Below, one piece after another: positions 59,272-64,000 of a stretch of DNA of 64,000 nt; the first letter of the stretch is position 1, and each line of letters begins with the position of its first letter. Origin of the DNA: an uncultured delta proteobacterium (lineage in GTDB: Bacteria > Myxococcota_A > Polyangia > Fen-1088); NCBI GenBank assembly GCA_963737265.1, contig CAVTRY010000013.1, positions 256,001 to 320,000 of the forward strand, read 5' to 3'. Position numbers and translations under genes: made by a program. The notes beneath the pieces are model-generated. The model did not search any database and was not told the DNA's origin. It saw nothing but the letters and a program-made list of their open reading frames with translations.

Positions 59272-61305
59272 TTACGGATTGCAGCCAAGCTCGAGCCAGT
59301 CGAGAACGTTGTTCCAGTACGTCTGCGTGCAGGCGTTGAGCGTCGCGTCCCAGTATGGATTCGCGGAGGCTTGCGCGGCGCAACGAGGATCTGTCCCGGG
59401 AGCCCAGTCGGCGTCGTAGGTAATCCATTCGTCGGCCCAAACATTCACGTGCCCTTTGCCAGTAAGTGGGGGCTCGGCGGCCATTCCGACGGCGCCAATG
59501 TTGTTCGCACAGTCTGAATTTGGCGTATTGGTGTAGGCGTAGGTGACCGGGCCCGGTCCCAACGCAGTAACGGGCCAAGCACCCTTCACCATCAAGTCAT
59601 ACACCCCAGAAGTTATAGCCGGCATTCTGAAAGGGATGAATGAGAAACGGCAATTCGGGTCACCCGTCGTTATGCTTGTGAAATTGTTGAGAAATTGCCA
59701 CCCGCAGCCTGGGCCAGGAGCGCAGCCGCTCGGCCCGCCGTAGGCCATATTGAAGGGCGCCAGCAGCATGTTGACGTTGGTGTACTCCAGGATCGGGGCG
59801 TTGTCGGACACGCCGACAACCGTCATCAGGCCGCCACCATTATTGACCCAATTCGTGACCGCCGTAACCTCGGCCGCCGTGAATGCCCGCTGACTAGCGG
59901 GAACGGCGGGCGGGTTATACATAGGCTGCGTCGCACTGCCACACCAATTACTCGGCGACGTAGCGTTGCAGTTGATTGAATAGGCGCCATACCACGCGTC
60001 GTAGTCCGCCTTTGTGTGATAGACGTCCAATACGAGAAGAGTCTGATAATTCGACAACTTATTCGCCCAATTGGTGCCGAGGGTCGGATCCGCCTCAATG
60101 GGCAGGTTATCGACTGCGCCGCACCCCTTATTGTGTTTGGCGAGCCAGTTGCCGAAGCCAACAGTACCTGGCGAGGCGACGCCACAAGTGGTGGAATTCA
60201 CTTGACTGCATTGAACATTCCAAACGCCGTACTGGCCGATGGTCGCGATTCGGTGGCAATTATCCGAGGGGCAACCGCTGCCGCCAGTTCCACCCGTGCC
60301 CCCTGCGCCTCCCGTGCCCGAGCCGCCTCCAGCGCCGCCGCCCGTTCCAGACGAACCACCGGTACTGCCAACCACGCCACCCGTCCCGCTGGCGATGATT
60401 CCGCCCGCGCCTGAACCGCCCGCGCCGCTTGCGCCGCCCGCGTTCGAGCCACCCGCGCCGGGAGGGTTGTTTTGGGCGATTGGACTATTGACGACGATGC
60501 CGTTTTGCACCGAGGTATTGTCGTCGCATCCGCGCGCGCCCGCGGCGCACAGCGAGGATAGCGGCGTGTTGTTCGCCACGGCCGAGCCCGAGCCCGGGGA
60601 CATGGTGACTTCCAGAACCACGCGCGTCCTATTGTCCGCGGACAAGCCTTCGGATCGCACAACGATAAGTCCGTTGGGGGCAGGTACGCCAGCCGGCGCC
60701 GTGCAGGGCGCGGTGGGGGTCGTGGAAAGATCGGGCGCGTTGTCGCACGTGAAATTTCCCAGGCGGCAATCCGACTGATCCTGTCGGACATAGACGGTGT
60801 ACTGCCCGATAAACGGGTTCAGGATCGTGCCGCCATTGGCCAGAGCGGCCGTGCGATTAACCGAATTCGGGTACCTGACACCCTGCAATACGCATGGGGC
60901 CGCGGGATTGGAGTTGCAAGGAACTCCAGCCGTCCCCACTTGGTCCTGACTGTTGCTGGTCGTGTCTACCAAGAGCGCTCCACGCATTTCTCCTTCACAT
61001 TGGGTTACTAGATTGGGAATCTCGTCGCCCGTGCCGGTGTTCGAGCCCGAGAGAATGGCCTGGATCGGCGGCACCCAAACCGGGGAATTCAGCACTTGCC
61101 TCGCCCGCTCGATGCCGGCCTCGGCCACCACCAACGCCTGGTTGCGCTGGTTGATGTTCGTGCTCATTTGAATGCTGCCGCTGGTCAGGAACAGACCGGT
61201 CATTCCCAGCCCAAGCAGGGCCACCATGACAACGAGAACCACGACGAGGACGGCGCCCTTATCTGAGGAACGCCGTGGTTGCTTCGAATGATTTGCGGTC
61301 GTCAT
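59272..61305 (-). CDS. pilX: PilX-like minor pilin with Gly-rich linker and C-terminal WADEWITY domain
   Basis: DKG|AVLVVVL prepilin site without Glu5, QALVVAEAGIERA, VRSEG..RVVLEV; GGAGG RBS. Confidence 0.8.
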   Translation of the reverse strand: MTTANHSKQPRRSSDKGAVLVVVLVVMVALLGLGMTGLFLTSGSIQMSTNINQRNQALVVAEAGIERARQVLNSPVWVPPIQAILSGSNTGTGDEIPNLVTQCEGEMRGALLVDTTSNSQDQVGTAGVPCNSNPAAPCVLQGVRYPNSVNRTAALANGGTILNPFIGQYTVYVRQDQSDCRLGNFTCDNAPDLSTTPTAPCTAPAGVPAPNGLIVVRSEGLSADNRTRVVLEVTMSPGSGSAVANNTPLSSLCAAGARGCDDNTSVQNGIVVNSPIAQNNPPGAGGSNAGGASGAGGSGAGGIIASGTGGVVGSTGGSSGTGGGAGGGSGTGGAGGTGGTGGSGCPSDNCHRIATIGQYGVWNVQCSQVNSTTCGVASPGTVGFGNWLAKHNKGCGAVDNLPIEADPTLGTNWANKLSNYQTLLVLDVYHTKADYDAWYGAYSINCNATSPSNWCGSATQPMYNPPAVPASQRAFTAAEVTAVTNWVNNGGGLMTVVGVSDNAPILEYTNVNMLLAPFNMAYGGPSGCAPGPGCGWQFLNNFTSITTGDPNCRFSFIPFRMPAITSGVYDLMVKGAWPVTALGPGPVTYAYTNTPNSDCANNIGAVGMAAEPPLTGKGHVNVWADEWITYDADWAPGTDPRCAAQASANPYWDATLNACTQTYWNNVLDWLELGCNP

Positions 61306-61331
61306 GGTGCTTCCCTCCGTGTCAGCGGGGA

Positions 61332-62702
61332 TCACAAAGGCTTGTTGTTGCGGGGATAGACAGTTGTGGAAAGGACGCGCCTGCGATACTGGTCCCTCGG
61401 ACAAGCGGCGGCGGCGCAGGGGTTGTCTTCGACGGGCTCGGGTTGGTTGTTGGTGACGCCCACGTCGATGAGATCGTCCGGGGTCGTCGACCGCGCCACC
61501 AAGGTCAAGCGGACGGCCGTCGGCAGATTGCAGAAGCCAAGCGAGAATGGATTGGTCGGGAATACGTCGCCCGGCACGTTGTTGATCCATTCGTCGTTCT
61601 TGCGCGACGCAACGTCCGTTCCCTCGTCGAGGATCCCATTGAGCGCGGCCAAGTTGGGCGTACCCAGGGTTCCGACGTCGCAGGCAAACGAGACCTGCAG
61701 ATCCTCGATGCCGTCCGCGAGCGGCTGCGCCGTTCCTGCGGCGCCCTGATCCAATCGCTGCATCATCAGCTGGGGAACCGGATGACCGCTGGCGACCGTG
61801 CTCGGATCGTTTTGGATGAAAAATCTCACCCAAGTCAGCGTCCCGAAATTACGAACCCCATCCACGCCACCGGTGTATCCGCCACCTGGAGGCAGCATGG
61901 CGGCAACGGCTCCGGTTGGATTCCAGGCGCTGACACCGGCGCCGGAGGCGTGCGACAGGACATTCCCCACGCCTGGATTGTTTGTGACCTGCAAGAGCGT
62001 GCAGCCTCGGTCGGCGGACGGATCGTTGCCGTAGCCCCAATCCTGGCCGAGCATGAGGAGAAGGCACTCGTTTTGGCGAAAAATGCTGCCGGACGTGGTG
62101 CCGGTGAGAGTTATGGAGAGGGCCGGGTCCGTGTCCAGTACGTTCAGCTGCAGAACGGCGTCCACGTCGGCACCGGAAGCGCGGTTGCCAAAGGCGACTG
62201 TGATGATATCCGTGCCCGGCACCACATTGGCATCCACGGACGAGTTGTTGACGATCCAAAGCGGCGGGATCCACTGCATCCCGCTGGCTCCGTCGAAGGC
62301 TCGCAGGCCGGTCTGCGGGCGCGTGGAGAGGCTTGCGATTAAGACACCGCCGCTGGTGTGGGGGCCGTCGCTGGGGGAGGTGGTCTGGAGTCGCCCCCCG
62401 GTGAGCGAGTTGGGATCGGTCGGGACGGTATCCGAATAGTCGGCGGGCCGCACGCATTCGTACATTCCGCTGCCCGCCCCGCGCACATAGCGCGCCAGAA
62501 CCTCCATGGACGCCCACAGGTTCTGTTGAATGTTGAGGATCTTGGTTTGGGTTTCGTAGACGCGCTGCTGGCCCGAGAAGAACATGAACGTCGAGGCCGC
62601 GATGATCGACGAGATGATGAGCGTGATCATGATCTCGACCAAGGTCATGCCGGCGTTTCCTTCCCTATCAGGACGCCTTTTGCTCGCCGTGCGCGCTACC
62701 AC
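61332..62702 (-). CDS. pilW: PilW-like minor pilin
   Basis: AG|MTLVEIMI, VRGAGSG, LADGIEDLQVSF, AVRLTLVARS, YRRRVLSTTVYPRN. Confidence 0.88.
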   Translation of the reverse strand: MVARTASKRRPDREGNAGMTLVEIMITLIISSIIAASTFMFFSGQQRVYETQTKILNIQQNLWASMEVLARYVRGAGSGMYECVRPADYSDTVPTDPNSLTGGRLQTTSPSDGPHTSGGVLIASLSTRPQTGLRAFDGASGMQWIPPLWIVNNSSVDANVVPGTDIITVAFGNRASGADVDAVLQLNVLDTDPALSITLTGTTSGSIFRQNECLLLMLGQDWGYGNDPSADRGCTLLQVTNNPGVGNVLSHASGAGVSAWNPTGAVAAMLPPGGGYTGGVDGVRNFGTLTWVRFFIQNDPSTVASGHPVPQLMMQRLDQGAAGTAQPLADGIEDLQVSFACDVGTLGTPNLAALNGILDEGTDVASRKNDEWINNVPGDVFPTNPFSLGFCNLPTAVRLTLVARSTTPDDLIDVGVTNNQPEPVEDNPCAAAACPRDQYRRRVLSTTVYPRNNKPL

Positions 62703-63238
62703 GTCTTTCTCCGTTCCACATCGAGGCGCGTGGTCTTGGTGTCGCCCGAGTCGTTGTTGTAGCTGACGATGACCGAGAGGACGTAGGGTGAACCCGCGCC
62801 GTTGTTGGTGACCATCCACTGGCGCGACCAGCGATAGAGCGCGCGAGTGCTGCTGGTCAGCGCGGTCGTCGAAATATTTCCGCGCGAGTCCACGTTCTGC
62901 ACCGCCGACCATTGGCCCGTGGCAATCGCTGCCAGGCCGCGTGCGGTGTCGATGGCCTGGGTGTCGGTAGATCGGCTGGCAAGTTGATCGAGCGTCTGCG
63001 TCGCCAGGCGCAAGGCGACGTTTGCGTCGTTGGCGTTCTTGGATGCGGAGGTGACTGCCTGTTGAACCGCCATCGTGCCCATCAAACCGATGGCGCCGAT
63101 GAGCATGGCCATCATGACCTCAAGCAAGGTAAACCCAGCCTGGCGCTTTCTACTGGCGGCCGTCGCCCAAGACACGCCTGCGGCCAGCCCGGTCCCGGGT
63201 TGGAGAGCATCGCTCTCATTTTTTCGTCGGGCCAGCAT
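62696..63238 (-). CDS. pilV: PilV-like minor pilin
   Basis: QAG|FTLLEVMMAMLIGAIGLMG; overlaps pilW; start taken downstream of the sigma54 site. Confidence 0.85.
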   Translation of the reverse strand: MLARRKNESDALQPGTGLAAGVSWATAASRKRQAGFTLLEVMMAMLIGAIGLMGTMAVQQAVTSASKNANDANVALRLATQTLDQLASRSTDTQAIDTARGLAAIATGQWSAVQNVDSRGNISTTALTSSTRALYRWSRQWMVTNNGAGSPYVLSVIVSYNNDSGDTKTTRLDVERRKTW

Positions 63239-63258
63239 GGTTTCCCGCCTCAGCTTCA

Positions 63259-63274
63259 TGCAAACACTCGGCCA
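63259..63274 (-). promoter_or_regulatory. sigma54 (-24/-12) promoter upstream of pilV
   Basis: Minus strand TGGCCGAGTGTTTGCA (GG-N10-GC). Confidence 0.7.
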
Positions 63275-63521
63275 TTCAAGATCATTAGCGATTTAGTCGC
63301 CTGTCTAGAAGATCCATCGTCAGGAGTAGGAAAATATTTCATAGGGCGCAAACAGGTTGCGCGTTCGAGGTAAGCGAAGGCTCACAAGGTGCCGTCATGT
63401 AGGAAGAGTGTGCAGCCCCTGAATTTCGGCGACCGTTTTCGCACGGATCGAGTCTTGATGCCACGAACCCCGGCTCACCGACTTGGTGGCCGGCCGGGCG
63501 ACGCCGGATCAGGATTGGAAC

Positions 63522-64000
63522 ATGAACAAGTCATTCGGCAACGACGACCCTGACCTCGCGACTTACGTGGTTCGCGTGTACGCGCCCGAGGACGAAGTCC
63601 TACGCGAAATCCGAGAGCGCTCATCCGGCGCAGGACTGCCGGATATTCAGCTCGCAGCACTCGATGCGCGGCACTTGGAGGTTCTGGCGCGTGCCTGCCA
63701 TGCTCGGCGTGCCGTCGAGATTGGAACGCTGGGCGGCTATTCTGGCGTGTCGATCTTGCGTGGCATGGGTCGAGATGGCGTGCTCGACACCATCGAGATC
63801 GATCCCAAGCACGCCGCTGTCGCTCGCGAGAGCTTTCGCAAGTCCGGTTTCAGCGGTCGCGTGCGCGTGCACGTCGGCTCGGCGAAGAATGTGCTGCCTC
63901 AACTGACCAGCCGCGCGCCATTCGATCTCTGCTTCATCGACGCCGACAAGGAAGGCTACCCGGCCTACCTGGACTGGGCCGCCAGCAACCTACGCCCGGA
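63522..64000 (+). CDS. O-methyltransferase (Methyltransf_3/COMT family), truncated by the window end
   Basis: Manual translation: MNKSFGND..VEIGTLGGYS..TIEID..FDLCFIDADKEGYPAYLDW. Confidence 0.9.
   Translation, partial: MNKSFGNDDPDLATYVVRVYAPEDEVLREIRERSSGAGLPDIQLAALDARHLEVLARACHARRAVEIGTLGGYSGVSILRGMGRDGVLDTIEIDPKHAAVARESFRKSGFSGRVRVHVGSAKNVLPQLTSRAPFDLCFIDADKEGYPAYLDWAASNLRP

Noticed and set aside
61306-61833. N-terminal extension of PilX in the ORF track
   Set aside because: Overlaps pilW; the prepilin leader and RBS place the start at 61305

Overview
High-GC window, most likely from a Myxococcota (Polyangia-like) bacterium; this is inferred from a MYXO-CTERM sorting signal, Gly-rich lipoproteins, a giant TPR protein and the minor-pilin/PilY1 locus. 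Left to right: (1) a GH5 glycoside hydrolase lipoprotein and a MYXO-CTERM protein; (2) a decaying sulfur/redox island (TolC-MFP-RND pump, DUF2892/SoxB-like chimera, intact CoA-disulfide reductase-rhodanese, DUF6132, truncated DUF134 and ArsR) whose RND gene is split by a composite ISAs1 transposon with a 10-bp target duplication; (3) a broken ParE toxin-antitoxin pair; (4) core genes (acyl-CoA dehydratase activase, DUF2156, DUF4337, pseudo-SIR2-TPR, porin, PII, recD2, PAS-GGDEF, cheR, alaA); (5) a translationally coupled operon encoding a putative glutamate-cysteine-ligase-fold enzyme, a Psd-like decarboxylase and an Lgt-like transferase; (6) a GSU2403-type nucleotidyltransferase between duplicated segments; (7) a type IV minor-pilin locus with sigma54-type promoter motifs (pilV-W-X), an embedded GT-C glycosylation cassette and two tandem ~2000-aa PilY1 paralogs carrying different Thr-rich stalk inserts. 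Several single-base frameshifts may be sequencing errors. All family assignments come from motif recognition by eye, not from database searches.
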